Part shown: positions 1-12,700 of the stretch, piece by piece
Position numbering within the stretch: the first letter of the stretch is position 1
Layout of the letters: each line of letters begins with the position of its first letter
Assembly (NCBI GenBank): GCA_904063045.1
Contig: CAJFCJ010000019.1
Span: forward strand, 1,503,700 to 1,567,699
Source of the DNA: Dimorphilus gyrociliatus
Lineage: Eukaryota > Animalia > Annelida
DNA: 64,000 bases
Direction: 5' to 3'
The notes under the pieces: model-generated
The model's input: the letters and a program-made list of their open reading frames with translations, nothing else
What the model was told of the DNA's origin: nothing
Database searches by the model: none
Translations under genes and position numbers: made by a program

Positions 1-3000
1 GCCTTACAAGAGATGAGGGAACAAAATGAAAAAATTATACAGCAGCAAAAGAATAAAGAAACGTCACTAAACGATGAAATTAGGCAATTAAGAAAGAACC
101 TTTCCCGTTTAGAAAGAGAAACAAATGACAAAGAAACAGCGGTATGCAGCGAAAAAATTATTCATCCCAGCTCATTTAAACATACCATTCTCTATTTGTC
201 TTTGTATAGATTAAGAAAAAAAATGCGGAAATAGCAAAAGCTGCTGAGAAACACTATGAATTAGAGCAAGAAGTAGCTTTTTATAAAATTGATCACAAGT
301 TTGGAGTTTTAGGAAGAGTATCACCAGTTCCACATTATTCAACTGTAAGCCTAGAGAAACAATGTTTAATTAGTATTTAATGTGTTTTTTATACTATTTT
401 TTTTAAGGATGAAAATGATACATTTGGAGAATCACCCTATCTAGGTAAAGGTCGATTCAAACAAGGTGAAAGGCACATTTTCAGAAGACCCGGTGATGAA
501 GAATATGTGGATCCTGATGAACTTCAACGAATGCAAGATGAATTAGATAAACAATTGGCCGAAAAAAATGAAGCCATTGAGAAAGGTTAGTTTTTATACG
601 ATTTTTTTTTTAATTCGATATTAATTCATCGAGGCTATTAAACATTGCTCAATGTAAACGTTTGCCTCACCAGCGATTTAGGCACGTGAGTAGTCACGTG
701 ATAACATTACTTTTACCTTTGTTAGCTCAATTGCGTTTGCAACAACTGAATGACCAGCTGTACCAAACTGAACATAGAATAGCCAAGGCCACCTCTGAAC
801 TAGATAATTTAGCTCAAGAGCAGAAAGCAGCTCACGAGGACCGGAAAGAGAAAGAAGTTATAAGGAACAAGCTTGCCAAAAAGATTGAAAAAGTTCGAAA
901 ATTAAAAAAGGAAGCTGAAAAAATAGAAAAAGAGATGAAGAATACTGAGCAAGATCTTGGAGAACAGGAGAAAGACCTATTTGATATTAAAGGCAGACTG
1001 TCTCGCATGAGCTCAAGAGACTCTTTATACGTAAGTATATGGTTCTATTTATACAGTATATATGTATTTGAGAATTGCAGTACATATCTTTTAAAACTAA
1101 ATCTTAATATTCTAACAGAATGGCCTAAGGAAAGAAATGGTTGATAAACAGCAGCAACTAGAGATGACCTCAGACGAGTATGAACAGCTGCGAAATCAAT
1201 TAGAGCAAATGTTAATGATGATTGCACGTGAAACGGCGGAGATTCGCAGATTAGAGCACGAACTGAGAGATGCATGGATCTCTCAAAACGAGGAAGTTAA
1301 AGACGAATTGAATTCAGTTATCGAAGGCCTTCAAAGTTATTTAGGAAACGTTAAAAATGAACGCGCGAAAGAGCAGGAGGAACGACGGGAACTAATTCGA
1401 GATCGCGAACAATTGAAAAGAGAATTAGAAGTGGTACACGAACAAGTAGAAAAAGGAACTTCTGCGGAGAGAATACTAAAAAGAAAAGTAGATCAACTGC
1501 ACGACCAGTTAAGTACAACACAGCGAAATTTATCTGAAGCTGTCGACAAACATCGCAGGCAAACATCAGATGCTTCTGCCCAAATGCAAAAGCAGCTGGA
1601 AGTCGAAAGACAAGCCTTGAGAAAAGAAATGGAAACCAAGCAAAAAGAGAGCGATCTCTATGAACAAGAGATGCAACAGCAATTAGACGCACTTAGAAAG
1701 CATTTTAATGTATGTTTACAATTTAATCCCAATTAACTTGTATTAATTCTAGAAACCTTTCTATTCTATAGGACGAAAGGGGAAAGTATGAACAAGAGCT
1801 AAAACGCCGCGTAGATCAAAACGCTAAACGAGAAAATGAGATCGAATCAGATTTAAACAATTTACAAAACACAATAGAACATTTAAAGAAACAAATTGAA
1901 AGCGAAAGAAATCTCTTTCACTCTCAACTTCAGGAACTGTCGGCTTTAAATGAAGATAGAAATGCCGATGAAGAGGCTCTAAGGAATAAATTTGCTAAAT
2001 TAGAAGTTAGTCATTATTTATTTTGATTTCCTCTTTATTTTTATATTTTTTTCTTTAGGTTTCGTATGCAGATGCTATTTCTAAATTGGTAGATCCAGCC
2101 GTTGTGCAGGCTAAACTGGAAGAGGTCACGTACTCTCTTGAAAATGGAAAAGTTGTATGTATCCATTTCACTAAGCTATACAAAAAAATAAACAATTATA
2201 AACTATACCTAATAGAAATCGCCCACTCTCACCGAATACGATAATCGGTTAGATCCAATTGTAGAACAACTAACTGATCATATAAAAAGAAGAGAGGAGG
2301 CTTTTGAGCAAGAAAAGGAAAAGGAGGTTATTAATTTAATATAAAAAAAACTACGTTTTATATTTCAGTTATAAAAGAGACATATTTATCTACCCCATAG
2401 TTAAATCATCAAGACGCGTACATTAGAGAGTTGGAGGACACAGTCACGCAACTGGAAAATCACAACGTCAGTACACTTTTATCATATTGATGATGACAAT
2501 TAGATATATTCTTTGATTATAAAAAAAAATAGACAAAACAAGAAAAAGAAATAAGACACCTGAGAGAATTGGTTGAAAACTTACAAAATAGACCAACACC
2601 TCAGCCAGCTCCTTCCGTTCAACGCTCAAAACCTGCATTATCCAGAAGAGTTAACACCGCTGTAGTTAGTTTGCTATATATTATAGTTAAACTTCCTCGC
2701 TAATTGCATATATAAAACATCTAATAGAGCATACAAGCGGAATCACGTTCTACTTACAACACCTCTGAGTGGTCACAAGTTAAGAATGAGTTGTACGAGG
2801 CAATGAATCCCGATGAACAAGAACTTTTCGACGAATTACAAGAGGAAATTGATGAATTAAGAGAACTTTTAGTCTTATTAGCTAAACGTAATCAAAACCA
2901 ACAAGTTCGTTGAGTTATTTTTATTATTTAATTACGGATAATTAGATATGGTAATTTCTATGGTTACAGATTACTAAGGAAGCTAATAATCGCGTTGACC

Positions 3001-6000
3001 GTATACAAGATTTAGTCAGCGAGATAAGTTCCAGACGATCAATTGGAGTAGGAAGTTCCTATGTAAGCAATTTTCTGGTATTTAAATATGTTACTTAAAA
3101 CTTTATTTTCAATTATTTATATAAAACAAACAAAAAAACAAAACACATTCGTTAATTTTGTGCAAATCTCAAATTTAGTATACTCGGAAAAGCAAGGTTT
3201 GTTTCAATTAGATAGAAGGAGCACATAGAACATTTGACGCAAACGATGTTGTTTTTTATCTTGTCTATCTTTCTTTAAAACAAAATATTCTTTATATTCC
3301 ATTTTTAAAACTAAATAATATGTATTAAAGATTTATCATTATATTTTATAGGAATCTGGTGATAATATAGAATCATATCCACCTCGACAACATGCGCCTC
3401 AAAGCAAAGACACAAATTTAACCAATAGAATTGATAGGTCAATGTCCTATGGTACTTCTCCATCTAAGGAAAAAAAGCGTCTTTCTCGCAAAGTTGTGGA
3501 CGGTATTGATTTTTTTGAAGGTTACTTTTTTTTTGCTTTTTAATACTTATTACAAATAATTAATTAATTGTAAAGAGAATGTTGTATATAATATACATAT
3601 ATACAATATTTATTAATATTTATGTATCCATTAATAGATAATTCTCGTCGGCCAAGATCACAGAGTGCTGATAGTTACGGTTATCCGCGAGATAGACGAA
3701 AAACAAATTTAAATAGGCCAAGACAGCTAGAAACTGTCAGTGAACACGCTTCTGAGGTGACTAGAAGTCGCTCAATGACTAATATTCCATTCCAAGAACC
3801 TTTACATGAAGAATTAGCTCCTGTAAGAAAGACAAGAGCCTTGTCAGATACTTATCATCCTGCTGATATGTATCCAGAGTCTTATTCTCATGATCCTTAC
3901 TATAATCCGTCAAGAAAATACGATCCAAATCAACAAAACTACTTTCCTGACCCAAGGACAGTGGCGGAAGCTGGTCATGGAAGTCATAATCCAACTGTAA
4001 ATGAAGGAGTACCTTTATCAAATGCTCAGTATATGGCAGCTGATAACGAATTTTCAAATCAATCCAGGCAAGCTGGACCAAAATTCGATAATTCTCAACT
4101 CTATCATTCATGTCCAACGTCTCTAAATCACCAATCGCAACATTTTCCCCATCAGAATTCACATACACCAAAACAAGTCGATCCTCAGAATTATAATCAT
4201 CATGCTAATTTAAACAATCCAAATTCTGCCTTCCCACCACATGTACAAAAACCCCTAAGTCGTTACCCAACAGAACGCCTACATGTTGGGGGGATCGTTC
4301 CGGAAAGTCATATTACAAACGAAACCGCACGACCTGCACCTCAATTTAGTCACATTCCAATGTCGAATTACACCTACGGTCAGCCTCAAGCTGTTGGAGA
4401 CTACGTAGAACCTCATTATTCACCTCAAGTAATGACCCCAGGCCGTGTCATCGAATCTCAACAACCAGCTTTATTTTCCCATCAGGAACCGGAGGTGCGA
4501 CAAGAGGGGCCAAGTGGATTTGTACCTTTTACTGGAAATAGTAAAGTCTCCTTGCCCTCTTATCTCTTACAACCAAGTCCAAAGGCTAATAAAAAACGGA
4601 GCGCTCCAAGTACAGATATGCAAAAATCATTGTATTGCAATATTAAAGAGCATCATGACTTAGAAGATCATATTTACGAGCTTAAACATAAGTTAAAACA
4701 TAAAAAATACAGTGAGAAAACGAGATCAAACGAATCGCTGGAGTTAGATAGAATCGATAGAATTATCGAAAGACAAACACGTACATTGGAGGCACTCGAT
4801 CTCGCTATAAATCGAAGAAAAAACGTCCTTGAAAGCACAGAAGAACTCTCTTGTTTGGACGAAGAAATAATGGCAAAAAGGGCTGAATTAAGTCGAGCAA
4901 AGCGATTGTTAGAAAAAACTCACCAAGAATTGCATGATGCTGCACAACTTTCCAAGAATAGAAAAACTGATAATTCGTATGAAACCATTAGTAGAACTCA
5001 ACCAATAGAACAAGTCAAAAGGGACTTAGAAACAGTTGTTAAAGAAGTTAATCAGCTATTATTAGAAAAGGATACAGAATTTCAAAATATAACGGAAGAA
5101 GTCAGAAGAGCAGAGGAACAGTTAGTTTTTATCGGTTCTTTATTATTCTTCAAGAAAAATTTAACCATTCATATTTATTATGCTTTCAGCTTGGAGAATT
5201 TGCAACATAATATACAACAATCAGAAACAGAATATAAAGATTCGGAGAAGAAGTTAAACGAGTTAAGTAGCGTAATAAACGACAGACTTCAAGATGCCAA
5301 ATCCTTAGATGATAATCTAAAGAGAAAGAGAATGGAATTGAAGGAAATTCAGGAGAGATCTGCTGCAGAAAAGGACACTGCTGATTTAAGAATGGCTGTA
5401 AGCTAGGCTTTCTATCATTTGTAGCTATTGATAATAGCCGTCTCTTAAATTAATTATTTTTATTTGATCTTCTATATCTCGGTTTTCTATATTGCTTATT
5501 TCTCAATGATTCAGGAATTAGAAGCTAAATCTGTCCTACTTGCCAAACATCTCGATCTTATAGAAAAGTCTATAGATCAGGTTCTGAATTTAATCTATGC
5601 TTTCATATTGGTTTTAATTAGTAGAATATCATTAATTGAACTTTTTATTACCAAATTTATAGAGTCAACTACTTATTGAAGAAACAAAAAGTATTCCAAA
5701 GAAGGAAGCCTCGGTCAATACAGACAATGATTATGGATATTCAAGTATGGCTAGTAAAATATCAAATTCATCTTGTATTCAATGCGACCTAGCCGATCTG
5801 AATTCTATGACAATCAAGATAACAGATTTGGGTAATGAAATGAAATTTTTCTATTCAATTTCTTTCAATTGTCTATTTATTTCTTCATTTATTAAAGAGC
5901 AAGGAGTTCAAGATCGCGAAAGAGAGTTGGAACAATTTAAAGGAGAGAATTCTTCATTAGAAAGTAAAATTAAAAATTTAGAGGAACAAATGCAGACCGA

Positions 6001-6424
6001 AGCTAAGAATCGAGATTTTGAAAACCATCAGTGGACTTCCAAGATGAACGACTTACGTAATATTGCACAGGCTCATTATGTAAGGGCAAACCGATTGGGT
6101 AATGATCTGAATGAAATGAGAGCTGAATACGTTGCATTACATAATAGGACCAAGGTGCTTTCGAAATATTATAGTTTCTTTCAAGTTAACCGCATGTTTT
6201 CTTTTCCTCAGGAGTTGCAAGAAAAAATTCCCGAAACTGACATTCTACCCGAAAGAGATTTATCTAGTCCTGTATCGGTGGACGAAGGTATCGATACCAA
6301 AAAGATATTAATGGAGAAAAAATTGACATCACAAATGGAGGAAGACCTTTTATGGCTTAAAAGAAAATTAAGTGCAATTCGAACTGACGGCGCAGTTACC
6401 GGCTTGGAGCAGCTAACTCATTGA
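1..6424 (+). CDS. CNTRL: Centriolin/CEP110-like coiled-coil centriolar protein; multi-exon, 5'-partial (starts before the window)
   Basis: Spliced exons give ELEQEVAFYKIDHKF...ESPYLGKGRF, matching the recalled vertebrate centriolin segment LEQELAFYKIDAKF...ESPYIGKSRY. Long heptad-rich coiled coils. Many ~55-nt GT-AG introns. Stop TGA at 6422-6424. Confidence 0.8.
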
Positions 6425-6617
6425 TAAAAGTATTAGTAAAGCCTGTATGAATCGAATGTAGAAATTTGTGCCAATAATATAATACGTCCATTGACATTCT
6501 TTTTTCAGTATTTTGTTACAATGTGATGTTGCGTATATGCCTTTATTTGTCTCAGCAAAGCAAATACACTTAAATCACTAATTACTTATTTTACTATTCT
6601 TCAAATGTTCTATAACT

Positions 6618-6979
6618 TTAATGATTGCCTGGTGCATCAAAATGGGTATCTGAAAAAACAGTAAATTGGCACTCAATTGACTGTAGAAAATGTTATTGTA
6701 ATGAAACGTACGGTTTCTTTTTGCACGAATGTCCTTCCACATATTGACGTTGCCCGGTGAATTGACTGAAAGATTGGAACAGATTTATTAAGGATATTCT
6801 TTAAAGTTAAATAGAATAAACATACGTGAAGATGTGATCTTCCAGAACAATGGAGCGCATATTAATAGGGAATAGGCATAGTATCTCAAAAGTCTACCGT
6901 TTTGCCAATGATACTTCCAGGGAAACATCATTACTTTAGAGCCAAAGGTCTGGGGATATCTCATCAGTCTACCGGACAT
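6618..6979 (-). CDS. Small (~79 aa) single-TM protein resembling the Drosophila roh/CG30415 invertebrate microprotein family; 3 exons
   Basis: Reconstructed MSGRLMRYPQTFGSKVMMFPWKYHWQNGRLLRYYAYSLLICAPLFWKITSSLNSPGNVNMWKDIRAKRNHTHFDAPGNH* using two short GT-AG introns. Family call from memory of the MxYPxTFxAKxxxFP...NSPxNVxxW pattern. Confidence 0.7.
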
Positions 6980-7191
6980 TTTCGCTGATTAAATTAAACC
7001 TGTTAAAAAGTTATACATTTAATAAATTATTGTTAACCTTTTATCTTATGAAAATCAAGTAAAAACTATTGAAATTTACCACAATTTCAGAATTTTCAAG
7101 GTGAGTTTAACCAATGTCAAGGTCTAAAAAATCTACAAAAGTCTTTAGAGTAATAATGCAAGTAGCGACATCTGTTAGTAATTGTAAACAA

Positions 7192-8370
7192 ATGTCTAGA
7201 TATCTTCGTCTGCTTGAGAAAATGGATAAAATTCGTTGTTTTTCGGGGCCGAAACTGTATCGTATCTACGCAGACGGGAATGAACGGGTAAAAATTTTTG
7301 TTATAATCGAAAGATTAGCAATATGTTTATCAATTTTCTTTGCAAATTCTATATTTATTGTGAAAATATAAAAGCTGTATTACCAATCGATTAATGTATG
7401 CTTCAATTTTCGGTTTTTTTAGGGTAAAAACTACGAACAGAATCAATTAGAAAAATTTGGAGATAGTGTTATTAAATCTGTAAGTTGATCTGTTCACCTT
7501 TTACGAAAAGAGAATAATTTCTTTGTCATCATATCTAGGTAAAGATACTATCAAGAATCTTTAGGTGGACCCTGCCTTTCTCTCTTCCCTTTATGTATTA
7601 CAAAGGTTAGATCTTTTAATTAAATATTTGAAATCATATAAATAACTTTCATATCTTACAGGAATGTTTACAATTATTGGCATTCAACAGCTTGGCAAGT
7701 TCAGTATCGTTGTCTGTATCAGTTATCTAGTCGGTATATTTATGAGAGGTACGTTTATCGTAAGATTTTTTAACTATTATCCAAGTAAATTTCTTTACTA
7801 ACAGGTCTTGGTAGGATGCTCAATGATGATTATAGTAAATTTAACAGCTACCTATCAAAATCCCTTGAGAGTGAATCGGCAAAAGTGAATATATTCAAAT
7901 AAACAGTTTATAATATAACTATTTTATTCAACAATGTTTTCTTCATTTAGAAATCCCTTTTTCTATATGATTGCGACACATGGGTATTGCCTACAGAGTA
8001 CAGTTACAAAAACAAATCATCGTTAGTAAATTGTAATTTAAATTATTTAAATACTTAATAATCGATTGACCAACAGAAAAGTTAAAGAACGTTCCATTAC
8101 TCTAGAAATTCATCCAGAATATAGTCTCTTAGAGAGACTATTGGGGTATGCCATTGATAGACAGAATCATTAAGAACATATCAACTAAATTGACTTTTTT
8201 TAGATTTTTGGCAATTGTTTCCTTTGGGAGGACTCTAACTTACCCTGGAGCTACGAAACTGTTTCAAACATTAGCTGGTATGAAATTTTCGTTTTTTTCC
8301 AGATATATTCATCTTGAATCTTTTGAACAGGACCTATGATAACTCAAGGAAGAGCGAAGTTAATTGAGGA

Positions 8371-8406
<36 letters not shown>

Positions 8407-9502
8407 AGTATAAAAAAGCGCTTCTAATATTTCTAATAATTTGAAGCAAGGGGGAAAAAGAGCTATGATAGAAACATTAGATGGAAACAGGATTGATACC
8501 GCTTTCGTTGATAGAAGACGTTCGCCAGAGCACGCTAATGGTTCAACACTTGTGATTTGTTGCGAAGGCAATGCCGCTTTTTATGAAATAGGGTGCTCTG
8601 TTACGCCATTAGATGCTGGTTTCTCAATTCTTGGGTGGAATCACCCTGGATTCTGGGGTTCTACCGGCTCACCTACACCAGAGGAGGAAACTAATGCCAT
8701 TGATGCTGTTTTTGCCTATGCTATTGATAAACTGAATTTCGAAGAAACAGACATTTGTTTATTTGGCTGGTCTATTGGAGGTTATCCCGCCGCTTACGCT
8801 GCTGCCCGTCATCCGAACTTAAAATATGTTATATTAGACGCTACGTTTGATGATATTTTGCCTCTCGCTGAAGCTCGAATGCCTAAAGCTTGGAAAAAAT
8901 TGGTTGAAGTTGCCATTCGAAAATATATGAATGTAAGAGTTGATGAAAACCTAAAGCAATATCAAGGTCCCATAACTCTTGTTAGGCGAGCTAAAGATGA
9001 AATGATAACAACTCTGTAAGATATTAAATTTATATTTGTTTGTTTGCTTATTCACGTCTACTTTCAGTGGTCCAGATCATATATGGTCTAATCGGGGTAA
9101 TGAGTTGCTTATGAAAATTTTAGCTCACAGATATCCAAATATTATTACCAATGATGTAAAGCCTACTATGTATCAATATTTAAGTGCAGATGAACAACAG
9201 CGGCAATCTATGCTAAGAATGGTAGAGGAGGATAATTGCTGGGCTCTATTAAAATCATATTGTGAAGAGAAAAAAGATTATGGATTCCCTTGTAGTTATG
9301 GAGCAGAATGTGATAATGAGAAGAAAATTTCAATGGCTCTTTATTTGGTATATATAAAATTGAACATTTAACATGATTTTCTTTAATTTACTATTTTAAA
9401 ATCGAACAGGCTTCAAAATATATGAGAGATTTTACCTCTACCCATTGTACACCACTTCCAGACGCCTTTTTCCAAGAACCATGGATGATCAAAGAAGGAT
9501 AA
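7192..9502 (+). CDS. ABHD16A: Phosphatidylserine lipase ABHD16A/BAT5-like alpha/beta hydrolase; multi-exon; start could be 7192 or 7222
   Basis: CCEGNAAFYEIG, LGWNHPGFWGS, nucleophile motif GWSIGG, ILDATFDD, and C-terminal STHCTPLP. Confidence 0.9.
8376..8403. repeat. (TA)n microsatellite in an ABHD16A intron
   Basis: Uninterrupted AT alternation directly after the GTAA donor. Confidence 0.95.
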
Positions 9503-9798
9503 AATCAATATGCCTAAAATCTACTTTGAAAAGACTTGGATTTTGAAATAGCTATATTGTAGTAATTGTATGTAATAATCGTAACTTTCTTTTATATCAA
9601 ATGAAATATTGATTTAATGAAATTTTTATATTTATAAGCTAATATAAAATATTTGAAACTTATTAACTATATAATCTTTTGCTATTTTTTTTCGTTTTAT
9701 AACCCTGACTTTTGTTTAATATCCACAAAAAAAATGTTTAAAATCTCTACCAGTTTTTTTTACCATTGGTAAAATCTATCTTTGAAAACACGTGCAAA

Positions 9799-12700
9799 AT
9801 GGCGGTGGGGAAGAAAAACGTGCGTGTAAAAGGTGCAAATAGCAAAGGTAAAAAATGGAAAAAGGGACAAAGCTGCTCTTCAAATCCAACAAAGAAAAAT
9901 TTTAGAGAATCTGCAAAAAACAGATTTTTTCAGCCTCAGACTGGTAAGTGGAAAACAAAGTCTTGCTGAGCGATATAGCACCAACTTCCTTACATTTTAT
10001 ATTTTAATTCTTGAATAACATCAGATTTCATTTGCCACAATAAACTAAAATCACTTATCTAAATTTTAAAATATCTAAATATTATAAAAATATATTAACT
10101 TGCTGAAATAAATTTATAGTAATCCTAAGACTACTACTTTTATTATTATTACGCAAAAAAAGTACCATCTCATTCATTTATCATAATCCGCAAAGATTAT
10201 TATTCTTTTCTATATAGATAAATACGAATTTTCAAAGTGTCGATATTAAATAAGCTTATAAAGGATAAACTAATTAATTTTTTATATCAAAGACAATTAT
10301 TTTAATATTTAGGCCAATATCTTAATTTTTGCTATTTACTATATTTGATCAGTATTATACTAGTTTCACAAATTTGATTATATGAATTGGATGTAATTAG
10401 GTAAAAGTCAGCTAACTCAAGATGCTCTGAAGCAACATGAAAGTGAAATGCACGAAAGTGCAATCGATAGTGACGATGCAATGTCGCAATCAGCTATGTC
10501 AGCTGGGAAGTTCACTGAAAAAACGTTTTCAACATGGGCTAGCAATTGGACATCCTGTACAAATACAACTTTTAGCCGGATTCATCGTTATTGGTCTTCA
10601 AATTCTGATCTACACAAAGAGGTGAAAATTAGATTAGAGAACTAGAAATCTTCATCTATCCTTTCGTTTAATTATAGATATTAGCTGTAATAGCTGCAGT
10701 GACTGAGGTTATTAAAGAGAAGGAAGGTGAAGAAAATGAAACGGAATACTTTGCAGCTTTGGTAATATTTTTTCGAAAAAGAAGCTATGCTTTATAAAAC
10801 CATGTTTTATATATTGCAGATGACTACTCTGGAAGTCAGTGAAACCGTGATATCTAAGGCAGCAACATCCTATCTTCTAAGCTTAGTCATCAAGAAGTTA
10901 GTGTGCTAATTCAACAACTACATTTGCTATAATTGTTATTTTTCTTTCCATCCGCAGAGTGTCCAAATCGGTTCTTCAATCTCGATTTTCTGACATTGCA
11001 AGAGTTTTCATTGATACGCTGATGGAGAACAATGAAACAGATATGCCAACTTTATTGCGATCTGTAAATTCATTTATCCAGTTCGAGTAGTTTTATTAAA
11101 TATTTTATTTTCAGATTTTGTTATGCTTAGCTCAATTATTACGAGTTCAAAGTGCTGCAAGGTGGAGCGATCCAGCAACTGTGCACGTGTATCAGACTTT
11201 ATTAGTATTTTCAACACACGCAAAGCCCAAAGTACGAGAATTCAATTGGAAATTTTTTATTACTAATTTTATTGCACATAGGTTCGTAAAGCTGCCCAAG
11301 AAGCAATTAGAGTAGTTTTAAAAGGCAGTTTCTTCATGCAAGAAGATACTACTATTAAACATCATCCAGCCTCTGTTCAAACTGCAAAGTTCTGTTTTGA
11401 AAAGATAGAACAGTCCGGAGGTATGTAAAAAAATAGGATGTTCACATCATTGTAAAATTTTATCTTAATATAGGTTCGGGGAACGATTCGTCAACGACAC
11501 TTTATATTCTAGGTTTATTAAAATATATTATGTCTACCCTTCCGAAAAACTATTTGAAAATTTTGTGTGAAACTCTCCTTAAACTGTTAACTTTGAGTAG
11601 TGTGGTAAGTTGGAGAAAATTAATAAAACAGGTGACGAACGTATAGGGAATTAAATTCATCTTTACAGGTTGTATTCTTCGTTGCAATGCAAACATTACA
11701 TGCAATGTTTAATAGCGCACCATCAACTGATTCTTTGCCCGTTGAATTAAATGGTCAATTGTTAACGGTAGGATAAGTGGAACTTTATAATATTACTTCT
11801 AATTTTTCGAATGTCTATAAATAAGGCTTTATACGATTATCTTCCCTCTGAAAATGATCCCCCAGCCGTTGGCGCGTGGCTCTCGGTAATGGAAAAGGGA
11901 GTACAAAATCTTATAAAGTAAATTTGTTTTTTCATCGTACTTCACGTATTAAACTGTTTAAATTCTTTGTAGCAATAATGTTGAAATGGGTTCTCAACAC
12001 GCCATTAAGCTGTTTAGTACATGCATGAAGTTTTTACAAGCAGAGAGACCTACTGTTCAGAACTCAGCCTTTAAGAACGCCAATGTGAGGGAAAAGAATT
12101 AAAATATATAATTAATGATAACATTTTTGTGTCTTATATCTAGAAATTGTTGAAAAATACATTGAGTCCGGTTAAGGATGCACTTGTTAGTAGAAAAAAT
12201 ACGAAAGATAATATCATTTTGAAAATCTTTCAAGCCATTGAAGGAGGACTTAGCTATCAATACCATGCGTCTTGGGGGAAAGTTCTGCTTCTCATGGCTT
12301 CACTATTCGAGGTCAAATCAATTTATTTAGTCTTTGTTTTTACCAATATTACTTGTTAAATTACAGATTTTCGGAAAACATTGCAAGAACAACATCTCTA
12401 AAGTAAATGTTTGATTTTAACTAAAAACTTTATCTAAATATTTTTTGAATAGTGTTTACAAACTCTTGCTGATTTGAGAGAAAGTCACAAATTTTCATAC
12501 AAAGGGGAATTGGAAAAAGCATTCGGTATGGCATTACGACATATTGGACCTCGAAGTGTCCTTAAGGCGGTACCATTATTAATTGATGGCCAAAAGTATG
12601 TTCTATTTATATAAAACAAGTAAAGCGCATTATATACTTTCGATTTCTTTTTAGTGATAATTATGAATTTCCGAGGAGTTGGATTTTGCCCTTAATGAGA

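Noticed and set aside
6785-6800. ATATCCTT inside the roh-like intron as an AT-AC donor
   Set aside because: It lies within an ordinary GT-AG intron whose removal already restores the frame; no matching AC acceptor is needed.
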